IMG/VR virus record: IMGVR_UViG_3300023180_000018
DNA length: 64,000 bases
Strand: one strand, 5' to 3'
From: a virus
A program made the translations under genes and the position numbers. This document shows, piece by piece, positions 19,908-28,739 of this stretch (the first letter of the stretch is position 1; every line of letters begins with the position of its first letter). Below the pieces are notes generated by a model. The model did not search any database, was not told where the DNA came from, and saw only the letters and a list, made by a program, of their open reading frames with translations.

Positions 19908-20068
19908 TATACTTTTTCTCCAAAACGATCTTCTGTCCAACCTTTAAATATATCCAAAGCTTCTTGCTTTGTCATACCAAATTGTTCTCTCAAAACTGCT
20001 GGTGCACCGAACATATTGATTGCACCAGATGCTCTCAGCTCATCTAAAAATTCATAATAGAATGTCAT
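19907..20068 (-). CDS. Small hypothetical early protein (53 aa)
   Basis: Manual translation MTFYYEFLDELRASGAINMFGAPAVLREQFGMTKQEALDIFKGW..; AAGGA RBS; behind early promoter. Confidence 0.7.
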   Translation of the reverse strand: MTFYYEFLDELRASGAINMFGAPAVLREQFGMTKQEALDIFKGWTEDRFGEKV

Positions 20069-20101
20069 ACTTTTTTATTCCTTTTTTCAATTTATGAGTA
20101 T

Positions 20102-20151
20102 ATTCTACCACATATGTTGAAAAAGTAAACCAGCACATAAGTTATTGTTTT
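20102..20151 (-). promoter_or_regulatory. Early promoter GTTTAC-N17-TAGAAT with upstream IHF-like box
   Basis: -10 at 20102-20107, -35 at 20125-20130, AAACAATAACTTA upstream; repeated elsewhere in the window. Confidence 0.75.
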
Positions 20152-20159
20152 TATATTAG

Positions 20160-20186
20160 AAAAAATGAGGGGCCCGAAGGCCCCTC
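20160..20186 (-). terminator. Rho-independent terminator with C(UUCG)G tetraloop after gp32
   Basis: GAGGGGCC-TTCG-GGCCCCTC followed by a T-run on the - strand. Confidence 0.9.
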
Positions 20187-20207
20187 TAGTCGTCCAGCTT
20201 CCCAAGT

Positions 20208-21110
20208 CTATTCATTAATGAGTTTCTTGAAGAAATCAAGTGACTCATCGTCATCATCTAGAGATTCAGCTGCAGTCGAAGGGGCAGGCTTAGATTCAGC
20301 AGTGGGTGGAGTCCATGCTGGTTCATCTTCTACCTCTGTTTCTTGTGCCATCGCACTATTAGGGGAGAAGTTAACGCCTAGTACTCGCTGAAGCTTTTCC
20401 TGAAGGAAATCATAGGTCTTGAATTTATCTTCAGAAACAAGTTCCTCGAGAGCATGTTGTGATTGCCAAATCTTTTCCAAGACTTCGTCATCAGCGTGGA
20501 GGACTTCAGGCGAGTCAAATGTAGACTTATCATAATTACGATAGCCTTCCACATTACGAATTCGAAGACGGAAGTTAGCACCTTCCCATAGGTCAAAAGG
20601 ATTCACTGCATCTTCATCTTCAAACTGAGGGTGCATTAAATCATTGAGCTTATCAAAGATTTTTTTGCCGTATTCGTATAGGAATACTTTACCTTCATTT
20701 GCGGGATTACCAGGATCACTGATAACAAAAATGTTTGAGATGTAATGCAAGCGTCGCTTTTGCTTACGCGCTTGATCTTTGTCAGCATCAACACCAGAAT
20801 TCCAAAGTGAGGTATTAAACTCAGATACAGGATCTTGCTGACCAAGAGATGTCAAAGATTTCTCGATGTACCAACCACCTGGTCCTTGGAATCCATGATC
20901 CCAGTAACGAACGAATGGAACAGTTTCATTTTGTGGTGCAGGCAAGAATCGAATGACTGCTGAGCCATTACCAGCTTTATCAACTGTAGGTTTCCAAAAA
21001 CGTTCATCAACACCTCCACCTTGCTGTGGATTGCTGACTTTTTCAGCGGCTTGTGCGAGCTTTTCGAATTGCTCGGCGCGGGACTTTTTCATTTGTGCGA
21101 ATGTATTCAT
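20208..21110 (-). CDS. gp32: Single-stranded DNA-binding protein gp32
   Basis: DERFWKP..GNGSAVIRFLP..HGFQGPGGWYIE..YGKKIFDK..NYDKS; acidic tail. Confidence 0.96.
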   Translation of the reverse strand: MNTFAQMKKSRAEQFEKLAQAAEKVSNPQQGGGVDERFWKPTVDKAGNGSAVIRFLPAPQNETVPFVRYWDHGFQGPGGWYIEKSLTSLGQQDPVSEFNTSLWNSGVDADKDQARKQKRRLHYISNIFVISDPGNPANEGKVFLYEYGKKIFDKLNDLMHPQFEDEDAVNPFDLWEGANFRLRIRNVEGYRNYDKSTFDSPEVLHADDEVLEKIWQSQHALEELVSEDKFKTYDFLQEKLQRVLGVNFSPNSAMAQETEVEDEPAWTPPTAESKPAPSTAAESLDDDDESLDFFKKLINE

Positions 21111-21180
21111 ACGTATTTTCCTTGTATTTGCAATGTATTAACAGTTTATCCACATTATTCATTATATAAGAGTATTTATT

Positions 21181-21765
21181 CTACACCGATTCTCTAAAAA
21201 TGTCAACCAGTAAAGCATTCATTTTTTTCTTATCGAACTGTAGGAATGGAGCATACTTTAATAGCTTCATCTTCTTACGTGGCCACACGACTGTGTCACT
21301 AATATTGTTTGACCAGTAATCAAATACATTAAGAGTACGATCCAACACAACGAGAGTCTCCGCTGATACTGAGCCACGATTATAGTCGTTCAGTATTTTT
21401 GGATAGTTCCCGTTAGTTACCACTAGGGCGTCATTTAAAGATTCATAATTACTCAATTCGCTTTTTACCATATAGGATAGCGACTCATGTTTTCTTTTTG
21501 CATTTTTATAACGCGTTTCGTGGATTTCATCAAAGATATTACCAACCCATACGTTGTCATCTTCAATAAAATTAGATGCTAAGAACAACTCAAGATCAGG
21601 CTTTTTGCTGAGCCTATAGTAATAGTACTTATCATTCTTAGTTTCAAAAGAAATCTTATTAACCTTAACGCTCCCATTATATTTAAAATAATCATAGGAA
21701 TCGCTTGTAAAATGTAACTTGAGCGCTTGAAATTTCTTATAAGCGTCAAATGGTTCCATAATCAT
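21181..21765 (-). CDS. gp59: Helicase loader gp59
   Basis: LKLHFTSDSYDYFKYNG..ETLVVLD..KYAPF; upstream of gp32. Confidence 0.88.
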   Translation of the reverse strand: MIMEPFDAYKKFQALKLHFTSDSYDYFKYNGSVKVNKISFETKNDKYYYYRLSKKPDLELFLASNFIEDDNVWVGNIFDEIHETRYKNAKRKHESLSYMVKSELSNYESLNDALVVTNGNYPKILNDYNRGSVSAETLVVLDRTLNVFDYWSNNISDTVVWPRKKMKLLKYAPFLQFDKKKMNALLVDIFRESV

Positions 21766-22022
21766 ATAGGTAGTCTTGAGATTTTTTCTAGAAAGTTAAG
21801 ACTTTCCGCTTCTTCTTGAAGCTTTGCTAATAATGCAGGATCATTCTTAATTAATTTAGCAATAGATTCGATCTCAACGTCATAAATTTCACAATAATAT
21901 ATGATTGCGTCGAGATATCCAATGTTGTCTACTTTCCTTAATCTTTCTAGTTCAGATAAAAAGTGACCTGTTCTAGTTGATTTGATTGTGTCATCAATTA
22001 CTTTTTGCATATTTAACATCAA
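21762..22022 (-). CDS. gp33: Late transcription co-activator gp33
   Basis: YLDAIIYYCE..EIESIAKLI..KLQEEAESLNFL..RLPI. Confidence 0.85.
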   Translation of the reverse strand: MMLNMQKVIDDTIKSTRTGHFLSELERLRKVDNIGYLDAIIYYCEIYDVEIESIAKLIKNDPALLAKLQEEAESLNFLEKISRLPI

Positions 22023-22046
22023 TAAGATTCCAATTATATTTATGTC

Positions 22047-22074
22047 AAAAAATAGGGGGGCCCGAAGGCCCCCC
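22047..22074 (-). terminator. Rho-independent terminator with C(UUCG)G tetraloop
   Basis: GGGGGGCC-TTCG-GGCCCCCC then TATTTTTT on the - strand. Confidence 0.9.
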
Positions 22075-22078
22075 GGTG

Positions 22079-23086
22079 TTAGGCTGCTTCAGCATACTCA
22101 AGGGCGAGACCCATCGCTTCAATATTGCGATTCTTATTCCCACCAAACCAGAGTGACTGCATGCGAGTATCAGGATTATGACCCATCGTGTGATTAGTCA
22201 TATAAGTGACAGCGTTGTAAGCTGACCACCATGTTCCTTTGCCGAACTCAGCACCAGCCTGAGTTTCGACTACTTCCATTGCATTGATAGCATTTCTTGA
22301 TGCAAGTTTACTATCACCACTCTTGAAGCTAGCCATAAGCTCTTTGAATGACACCTCACCTTTAGCGTTAGATGTTTTTGGAAATACTTTGGTGAAGTAT
22401 TCAAAGAGACTTTCCTGAGTGTACCTTTTCTTAGAAAGGAACTCAGCCACCTCACGGTAATTACCTAGCATTTGAGAAGCTTCAGCCAAGGTTGCTTTGA
22501 CTTTATCTACGTCAAAAGACTTACGATGACTTAGGCTAATGCCTAGGGCTGCTTTCCCTTGCAGCGCCATTGAGATGGTATTGTTGCATACGACTCGAAT
22601 TGGTGTAGTGCGTATGTCAACACCGCGTCCAAACTGGTGAGGATTAGACAAAAGGAGATAGTTGGTCACTTCATCCTTACCGTTGAACAGGGAAAAAGAC
22701 TCGCCGATTCGTGCGAGTCCCCAGATGATACGACCATCTTTTAGAGACCCTGCCGTCTCCATCGTCATATCACCATTCTTGACGTACTCAGAGAAGAACT
22801 CGAAAGCTTCTTCATTTTGGACAGGAATCCAATCTTCTGAGACAATGTCAAGGTAAGCGTTATCATTTGTACGAATCAACGCTTTCTTCTTTGGAGCAGG
22901 AACCATTTGACCATTGAGTTGGAAAAATACATCTTCCTTTTCAACAGTCCAATCTAAGTTTGCCGCTTGCATCATTTCTTTTGGCGACATATTAGAATCA
23001 ACTTTAACACCAAGGCCATGCCAAGGTAGTTCACCAGTATACGCCATTGATGCTTTTCCATTTACAATTTCAAGTTCGTGTGACAT
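22079..23086 (-). CDS. DUF932 / phage-plasmid-like protein
   Basis: PWHGLG..ANLDWTV..QNEEAFEFF..ETAGSL..TPIRVVCNNT..GTWWSAYNAVT. Confidence 0.8.
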   Translation of the reverse strand: MSHELEIVNGKASMAYTGELPWHGLGVKVDSNMSPKEMMQAANLDWTVEKEDVFFQLNGQMVPAPKKKALIRTNDNAYLDIVSEDWIPVQNEEAFEFFSEYVKNGDMTMETAGSLKDGRIIWGLARIGESFSLFNGKDEVTNYLLLSNPHQFGRGVDIRTTPIRVVCNNTISMALQGKAALGISLSHRKSFDVDKVKATLAEASQMLGNYREVAEFLSKKRYTQESLFEYFTKVFPKTSNAKGEVSFKELMASFKSGDSKLASRNAINAMEVVETQAGAEFGKGTWWSAYNAVTYMTNHTMGHNPDTRMQSLWFGGNKNRNIEAMGLALEYAEAA

Positions 23087-23199
23087 TACACTATTTCCTT
23101 TTTATGTTTACGATAACCACGTTTTGCAAGTTTTTTTCTATCCGCCATCACAACAGCTTTATTGTAACGACGTGCATATTTTGCTACCAAATTTTTCAT
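23086..23199 (-). CDS. Small basic hypothetical protein (37 aa)
   Basis: Manual translation MKNLVAKYARRYNKAVVMADRKKLAKRGYRKHKKEIV; TAATG coupling on both sides. Confidence 0.6.
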   Translation of the reverse strand: MKNLVAKYARRYNKAVVMADRKKLAKRGYRKHKKEIV

Positions 23200-23459
23200 T
23201 AATGCACCGCCTTTTTACTAAGAAGACCATCGACATACCAGTTGAAAAACGTGGTAGGTCCCCAAATCTCAGAGGCACCCGAGTCGTAATACTGAGCACA
23301 AATCACTTCGGCAATCTTATCGGCCGTATCATCATGACCGTCCTGAGTCAAAAACCAATTTTTAGGCAACGTGCGGTCAGCAACCTTAGCAAGGTCTGAC
23401 GGATCTAAGTCCAACAGAGGCTCAATAAAACAGTCGTAAAAATCTAATCCATCCATCAT
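23199..23459 (-). CDS. Hypothetical early protein
   Basis: ORF with AAGGT RBS directly behind early promoter. Confidence 0.65.
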   Translation of the reverse strand: MMDGLDFYDCFIEPLLDLDPSDLAKVADRTLPKNWFLTQDGHDDTADKIAEVICAQYYDSGASEIWGPTTFFNWYVDGLLSKKAVH

Positions 23460-23489
23460 TTTTATTACCTTTTTCCAATTTACTAGTAT

Positions 23490-23539
23490 ATTCTACTGTA
23501 TTTTTGCGAAAAAGTAAACCAGTACATAAGTTATTGTTT
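23490..23539 (-). promoter_or_regulatory. Early promoter (TTTACT-N17-TAGAAT) with IHF-like box
   Basis: Near-copy of the 20102 and 25010 elements. Confidence 0.75.
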
Positions 23540-23542
23540 TTG

Positions 23543-23704
23543 CTACCAATTATGTATTACATTTGCCATTATGAAAAAGCACGTAAGAAAATTAACGCCC
23601 ACAATAATAGTACGAAGGAGTGCAACGTAATTATCATAAGGTTCCGTTTTATCATCCGAAAATCCACCTAGTGCATATTTCCAAATTGTCCAGAATTTTT
23701 TCAT
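23543..23704 (-). CDS. Small membrane protein (53 aa)
   Basis: Manual translation MKKFWTIWKYALGGFSDDKTEPYDNYVALLRTIIVGVNFLTCFFIMANVIHNW. Confidence 0.65.
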   Translation of the reverse strand: MKKFWTIWKYALGGFSDDKTEPYDNYVALLRTIIVGVNFLTCFFIMANVIHNW

Positions 23705-24063
23705 TTTAATTTTGAAAGATACTTCGTAAAAGTTTCACTATTTTGCCAGTCTTCAGTAAACTCACGACGCCTTTTAGTGTCCACCATGTAATACAGAGAA
23801 TGTAGTATTTTAGCTTCTTCCATTGACACACGTATCGTTTTGTCATCGTCTGTTTGAACGCTATTGAGTTCTACAGGATTTCCTTCGGAATCAATGATTT
23901 TCGCTAATTGCAAAACCATTAAAGGATTTTTAAATCCTAGTCCATAGAATTCATCGGCATCTTCGAGAATTTTTTGTTTTGTTCGTTGTTTCAATTCTTC
24001 TTTCCTTTTAAGAAACATCCATTTTGTTTGATGAGAAGATTTATGAATTCTAGTTATTCTCAT
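23701..24063 (-). CDS. Hypothetical protein
   Basis: ORF in coupled early operon. Confidence 0.6.
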   Translation of the reverse strand: MRITRIHKSSHQTKWMFLKRKEELKQRTKQKILEDADEFYGLGFKNPLMVLQLAKIIDSEGNPVELNSVQTDDDKTIRVSMEEAKILHSLYYMVDTKRRREFTEDWQNSETFTKYLSKLK

Positions 24064-24268
24064 CGTCTATCACTGTTAAAGTTACGGTTCCAGTGTCATC
24101 ATCAACAACAGATTGTAAGAAATTTACAAATCTTTCTAGTTCTTCAGTCGACATTTCTTTAAAAATGTCTGCAACATCTACACCTTCTTCATATGCTTTT
24201 GCAGCTGCTGCTAGTTTGTCTAGCTTTTTTTGTTTATAGTCCATAAGACTAACTACATTGCTCACCAT
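24050..24268 (-). CDS. Hypothetical protein
   Basis: ORF; AGGAG RBS supports the start MVSNVVSL. Confidence 0.55.
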   Translation of the reverse strand: MVSNVVSLMDYKQKKLDKLAAAAKAYEEGVDVADIFKEMSTEELERFVNFLQSVVDDDTGTVTLTVIDDENN

Positions 24269-24513
24269 GTTACGGGTTCTCCTATTACTTGAGTATTGCA
24301 AACACCATTAACCCAAACATACGCAGCAATAATCCCATCATCCATAGGATCACCCATTTCTACTGTAGAAGGAACCCTAAGTGTTTTAGCGTAATCACAC
24401 GCGATGTCACGAATATGTTCGTAATAGTCACGTTCACTTTCAGCTACAATATCATTGAGTGAATCTGCCCAGAAATCTTCTTGAGATGTATGCAACATGT
24501 GCACTCTATACAT
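24262..24513 (-). CDS. Hypothetical protein
   Basis: ORF with AGGAG RBS. Confidence 0.6.
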   Translation of the reverse strand: MYRVHMLHTSQEDFWADSLNDIVAESERDYYEHIRDIACDYAKTLRVPSTVEMGDPMDDGIIAAYVWVNGVCNTQVIGEPVTW

Positions 24514-24814
24514 TATCTTCTCCTAATGCTTCTAATACGTTTGAGACTGCAATTTGATTGCGGCCGCCAATATGCCAGCAATATTCACTTGCCAACATAG
24601 CTTTCCAACCACCATCGTAATCTTTCCAATTATAAATGGTAGCCACTGTACCATCATTAAATTGAATATCCCACTCAAAGTCGACTTTATCATCTCCTGA
24701 ACCTAAAAAAGTAGGTTCACCAAATGTAGCTACGATAGCATCATAAGAAGTTTCAACATAACCACGAAGACTAGTCATACCAACGTTAACAAACTCACCA
24801 ACTTGGAATTTCAT
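24506..24814 (-). CDS. Hypothetical phage protein
   Basis: ORF with AGGAG RBS; TSLRGY..FGEP..DKVDFEW..ATIYNWK..WHIGG. Confidence 0.7.
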   Translation of the reverse strand: MKFQVGEFVNVGMTSLRGYVETSYDAIVATFGEPTFLGSGDDKVDFEWDIQFNDGTVATIYNWKDYDGGWKAMLASEYCWHIGGRNQIAVSNVLEALGEDNV

Positions 24815-24815
24815 C

Positions 24816-24980
24816 TTAAACTCCTGTAAAAAGTAGGCCGTAGGCCAGCATTAAACCAAGCAATCCACCCATTGCTGAACAAGCTAGAATACTGACTACA
24901 AATTCTACAATGTCATTTTTAGGTTCTTCCAACTTGATATATGAAGATCCAACTTCATGGTTTAACTTAACTCTATTCAT
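24816..24980 (-). CDS. Small membrane protein
   Basis: Real start most likely ATG 24980 (the 5' part of the track ORF is promoter); C-terminal hydrophobic helix. Confidence 0.55.
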   Translation of the reverse strand: MNRVKLNHEVGSSYIKLEEPKNDIVEFVVSILACSAMGGLLGLMLAYGLLFTGV

Positions 24981-25009
24981 ATCTATACCTTTATTTAATT
25001 TATAGTACC

Positions 25010-25058
25010 ATTCTACCATTTTTTGCGAAAAAGTAAACCAGCACATAAGTTATTGTAT
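25010..25058 (-). promoter_or_regulatory. Early promoter GTTTAC-N17-TAGAAT with IHF-like box
   Basis: -10 at 25010-25015, -35 at 25033-25038, CAATAACTTA at 25046-25055. Confidence 0.75.
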
Positions 25059-25250
25059 TGATTTAATTTTTATGAACTTTCTACGGTTGCCAGACCATTG
25101 AGAGGAAGGCTTTGATAGCCATTTCTCAGTGGTTGTACCTTCAGGAATATAGCCTACAAGTCTTTTTTTCTCATCAAAAATGTAAGTATGCAATGGAACA
25201 CGATAATCGGTAGTCCATTTATCAGTCACTTCTTGATAATAATTTAGCAT
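25050..25250 (-). CDS. Hypothetical protein
   Basis: ORF in coupled operon. Confidence 0.6.
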   Translation of the reverse strand: MLNYYQEVTDKWTTDYRVPLHTYIFDEKKRLVGYIPEGTTTEKWLSKPSSQWSGNRRKFIKIKSIQ

Positions 25251-25441
25251 TAATGTGGCTCCATTTTATGGATTGTAGTTGATGATATGGTGATGTTCAT
25301 ATTTTTCCAAAAAGAACATCCATACGTAATAGTGTCATGCATTTCTTTTGCTTCGTCTAGCGTATCGTAATAGCCAGCGGCATAACGATACCCGCGTGAA
25401 TCAATGATTGACACAATCCAAGGAAGATTCATTGATATCAA
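25250..25441 (-). CDS. Hypothetical protein
   Basis: ORF in coupled operon; AGGAGG RBS. Confidence 0.55.
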   Translation of the reverse strand: MISMNLPWIVSIIDSRGYRYAAGYYDTLDEAKEMHDTITYGCSFWKNMNITISSTTIHKMEPH

Positions 25442-25605
25442 TTTGTATAAGCCTCCTTAAAAGACACAGAAACACAGTTAGACTCTTCTAAAACGTACAT
25501 TACCTGTCCTTTGGCAGTATATAGTTTAGTCCATTTTTCTTCACAGGGCTTGATTGCAGTACAACCAGTCATTAACAACAAAGCAGCAATTACTAAAAGT
25601 TTCAT
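25438..25605 (-). CDS. Small lipoprotein
   Basis: MKLLVIAALLLMTG-C lipobox; GGAG RBS. Confidence 0.6.
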   Translation of the reverse strand: MKLLVIAALLLMTGCTAIKPCEEKWTKLYTAKGQVMYVLEESNCVSVSFKEAYTN

Positions 25606-25616
25606 TTTTTCTCCAA

Positions 25617-25868
25617 TTAAGATAAGTCGGCCCAATTGCCAGTTACAGGATCAATTTTACGAGGTTCACGTATTTGAAAACCATCAGGTGAAAGATCATT
25701 AAAAAGGTCTTTAGCTTCTTGTTCGAGACCTTGAGCTTTTAAATTTTGATATGCGGCATCAATAGCTTTACGCTGTTGAAGACCGCGATTATACCACTTA
25801 GAATCGTCAGAATAGTTAAAATACCAATCATGACTATTGAGCATATTAGTGAATTCTTGCAAAGTCAT
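25617..25868 (-). CDS. Hypothetical phage protein
   Basis: HDWYFNYSDD motif; AGGAG RBS. Confidence 0.65.
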   Translation of the reverse strand: MTLQEFTNMLNSHDWYFNYSDDSKWYNRGLQQRKAIDAAYQNLKAQGLEQEAKDLFNDLSPDGFQIREPRKIDPVTGNWADLS

Positions 25869-26140
25869 TACACTAACTCCTGGTTTTTCCAGAGAACATG
25901 TTCAACTTCATTCCAAATCTGACGAAATTCATAAGAACTTTCAAAACCAGCTTCTTCAGCTGACTCATCACAACCACACAACGCTTCAATGAACGTTGAG
26001 GAAGCCATGTAATGCTTTTTCAGACCACCTCTTTCACGAATTACACCGATAAGATAGTGAGCTGAATTGCTCAAAGCTACACATGTATCACCTTGATACA
26101 ATCTGATAGCACCTTTAGCAATATTTAAATAATCAATCAT
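25868..26140 (-). CDS. Hypothetical early protein
   Basis: First gene behind the 26175 promoter. Confidence 0.6.
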   Translation of the reverse strand: MIDYLNIAKGAIRLYQGDTCVALSNSAHYLIGVIRERGGLKKHYMASSTFIEALCGCDESAEEAGFESSYEFRQIWNEVEHVLWKNQELV

Positions 26141-26174
26141 TTATTTAATTTCCTTTTATCAATTTATGGTAGCT

Positions 26175-26256
26175 ATTCTACCACGGTCACACGCAAATGT
26201 ACACTTCTAAGTTATTGATTTTAAAGGGCTTTTTTTATGATTGTAAGTTATTGTTT
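26175..26256 (-). promoter_or_regulatory. Early promoter (TGTACA-N17-TAGAAT) with two IHF-like boxes
   Basis: AATCAATAACTTA at 26208-26220 (exact WATCAANNNNTTR) and AAACAATAACTTA at 26244-26256. Confidence 0.7.
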
Positions 26257-26312
26257 TTAATAGGTTTTTTTGCGAAAAAAAATGACTTTTTTTAGATTAT
26301 TTTTGAATATGG

Positions 26313-26921
26313 TTAGACGATTAGGTTATAAGCGAGGGTTATGCGGGGATTTTCGTCTTTATGTGGTTCTACGCCATGGAACATCCAACTTGGCCAGAAA
26401 TAAGCGGTAGATTCTTGTGGAACAATACTACGATGTTCAACGTTAAGAGGATTTGGATAAAATTCATACGTATTGTCAATTAGAAAATGTTCCATGTTAT
26501 GCGTCATCCACATATACCTAGCATCCATTCTTTCAAATCTAATTCTACCTTCTTGATCTGTTTCTATAAGTTCATTTGTTTTTATATAAAAGCAACCAGA
26601 TAAAAAACAAGTGCCATGGCTATGCGCAAGATTATAATCATATTGATCGTTGATATTCAACCAACAGTTTGCTAATTGAAGTGGTTTTTGAAGTTGATAC
26701 TCTTTTGCAACTTTATTTCCAAGATCTTCAATTTGGAAAATCAATTCATCATATTCGGGACTAATTCTAGGATTATAACCACTCTGCCAACCACCTCTAT
26801 TGGAAGCTATTCTTCCATCATTTTCTTCTGCATACTTTAATGCTTGTTTGGCTAACAAGTCTACATCAGCGTCGATGGATTCATAATGTACTACTTCAGA
26901 AAATAGAGTTTCAACTTTCAC
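26313..26921 (-). CDS. Putative 2OG-Fe(II) oxygenase (TIGR02466-like)
   Basis: SNRGGWQS..WLNIN..HSH..LSGCFY..WPSWMFHGV..RITLAYN. Confidence 0.8.
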   Translation of the reverse strand: MKVETLFSEVVHYESIDADVDLLAKQALKYAEENDGRIASNRGGWQSGYNPRISPEYDELIFQIEDLGNKVAKEYQLQKPLQLANCWLNINDQYDYNLAHSHGTCFLSGCFYIKTNELIETDQEGRIRFERMDARYMWMTHNMEHFLIDNTYEFYPNPLNVEHRSIVPQESTAYFWPSWMFHGVEPHKDENPRITLAYNLIV

Positions 26922-27594
26922 TTAATAATCCTTGGTGATAATATTCAAAATATTTGCGAGTTTTATTTATGTAATTGTTGATATCTTCTACGAAGATTTC
27001 TGGGGTTGGTTCTTCGGCAATCGTCATAAGAATAACTATTTGTTCTACATCAAAATTATAATGTTCTTTAGCCATAATTGAATACGCTGAACACTGTAAA
27101 AAATAACTAAGGATGTCTTCTTTACTTTTACGCCTCTTTGACGTTTTGAAATCAAGTAAAGTATTCTTACCATTGTACCGACATATTAAGTCAGCGGTGC
27201 CTGCTGTCTTGAGTTCGTCAGAATACATACGTAATTCTATGCCATAAATTTCATCGACGTTATTATCAAGATATGGTTTAATCGTATTAAATTTACTAAG
27301 AGCAATAGGATTTTCTTTACTTATATCTTCGCCGAGAACATATTTTTCTGCGACGTTATGAACAGCAGTGCCCGCCCTTGCAGCTTGCTGGCCAATTTTA
27401 TTAGCCTTATCGAAGCCTACACGTCGGCGCCATTCATTAAGTTTTTTTCGACCAATAAGACTTAAAGCTGTAGTAACGGAAGGATATTTTTCTCCTCCTT
27501 CCGTTACGTACAATCTTCTCCCATCTTCATTTATTTGTTTTAGTTTCTTTGGCTCAAATAATTTAAGCGCAAAGCCCGAGTTGTTCTCGTGCAA
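26911..27594 (-). CDS. PD-(D/E)xK exonuclease (T4-like, next to phoH)
   Basis: YPSVTT..GTAVH..AGTADLI..DFKTS..YFLQCSAY. Confidence 0.85.
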   Translation of the reverse strand: MHENNSGFALKLFEPKKLKQINEDGRRLYVTEGGEKYPSVTTALSLIGRKKLNEWRRRVGFDKANKIGQQAARAGTAVHNVAEKYVLGEDISKENPIALSKFNTIKPYLDNNVDEIYGIELRMYSDELKTAGTADLICRYNGKNTLLDFKTSKRRKSKEDILSYFLQCSAYSIMAKEHYNFDVEQIVILMTIAEEPTPEIFVEDINNYINKTRKYFEYYHQGLLSES

Positions 27595-28306
27595 TGATAT
27601 ACTCCTTCACTAATGCTGAACGAACAATGTCGTTTTTATCAAATTCTATATGAGTAAAATCATTGAGACTATCTAAAATATTCATAAAATTTAATAATCC
27701 ATCACGTTCTTGTTTTTTAACTAAATCGCTTTGTCTAAAATCACCACAAAATATTACTCTACAATTGTCACCTAATCTAGTAATAACAGAGTCTAATTCG
27801 TGGAAATTCATATTGTTAACTTCATCTATTATAACAATAGAGTCGTTAAGTGTCAATCCTCGTACAAATGATGTGCACATAAAATTAACAATTCCTTTAT
27901 ATTTAAGGATATCGTATGCGTCTCCTCTTCTAAACAATTCGTTGCAGATTGATTTATAGGGCTGTTCATAAACTTTAATTTTATCTTCTTCTTTACCAGG
28001 AAGAAATCCAATATCCCTAGTGGGTACTACACTTCTGATAAGTGTTACGTTCGTATGGGTTGAGTGTATGTCGTTAAAGATTTCACTTAATGCTAAGTAC
28101 ATTGAAATGAATGTTTTGCCAGTGCCTGCCATGCCGTGGAGTAATAAGTGCGAACCGGAATCATACGCGTCAAATGTAGCTTGCTGGCTGTAGGTTTTAG
28201 GATATACCGGTTTAATATTCATACCTTTCTGTTGTATGCTATTACCTCGCTCAATCATCAAATCATTATTTCTAATTGCTCGGCGTTTTTTCTTTGAAAG
28301 TGACAT
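27563..28306 (-). CDS. phoH: PhoH-like ATPase
   Basis: GMAGTGKT, IGFLPG, SFVRGLT, IIDE, GDFRQSD, DIVRS. Confidence 0.93.
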   Translation of the reverse strand: MSLSKKKRRAIRNNDLMIERGNSIQQKGMNIKPVYPKTYSQQATFDAYDSGSHLLLHGMAGTGKTFISMYLALSEIFNDIHSTHTNVTLIRSVVPTRDIGFLPGKEEDKIKVYEQPYKSICNELFRRGDAYDILKYKGIVNFMCTSFVRGLTLNDSIVIIDEVNNMNFHELDSVITRLGDNCRVIFCGDFRQSDLVKKQERDGLLNFMNILDSLNDFTHIEFDKNDIVRSALVKEYIIAREQLGLCA

Positions 28307-28330
28307 AAGCTTCCTTTGTGGTTGTTGAAT

Positions 28331-28558
28331 TTAAAAAGTGTTTATATCAGACCCCCTATTAGCTGCTTTGATTCGTTGTAATACTTCACGAAAACCGCCG
28401 TCAGGTTTAGCACTAATGCCAGCTACTGTCGGTGGTAATTCTGAAAAGTGACGTGTTAAATGCGGGTGCTCGACTTTAAATCTATCATATTCAGAGATAG
28501 ATAGGAAGTGTTCTTCCGTTTCACCGGTGGTTTCATTTTTAAATGTATATGTCGGCAT
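28331..28558 (-). CDS. FmdB-like small protein (T4-like conserved)
   Basis: MPTYTFKN..TGE..; late promoter immediately upstream. Confidence 0.65.
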   Translation of the reverse strand: MPTYTFKNETTGETEEHFLSISEYDRFKVEHPHLTRHFSELPPTVAGISAKPDGGFREVLQRIKAANRGSDINTF

Positions 28559-28562
28559 AAAA

Positions 28563-28739
28563 TTATTTATAATATTCAGATTCTAAAAAACCATTAATAT
28601 CATTAGATTTTAATTTATTTTTAAAATTTTTATCGTTAAATTCTTTAAAGCTTTTTCGCTTTTTCTTCTTTTTAAATACTCCATCTGTGTATCTATCTTC
28701 TTCATTCATAAAAGAACGCTTTTTATTTGACTTACTCAT
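28563..28739 (-). CDS. Small Lys-rich hypothetical protein (58 aa)
   Basis: Manual translation MSKSNKKRSF..FLESEYYK; ATGA overlap with the upstream gene. Confidence 0.5.
   Translation of the reverse strand: MSKSNKKRSFMNEEDRYTDGVFKKKKKRKSFKEFNDKNFKNKLKSNDINGFLESEYYK
28564..28571 (-). promoter_or_regulatory. T4-type late promoter TATAAATA
   Basis: Exact match 5 nt before ATG 28558. Confidence 0.6.

Noticed and set aside
24981-25046. 5' extension of the track ORF 24816-25046
   Set aside because: It is the early promoter sequence; the RBS supports a start at 24980
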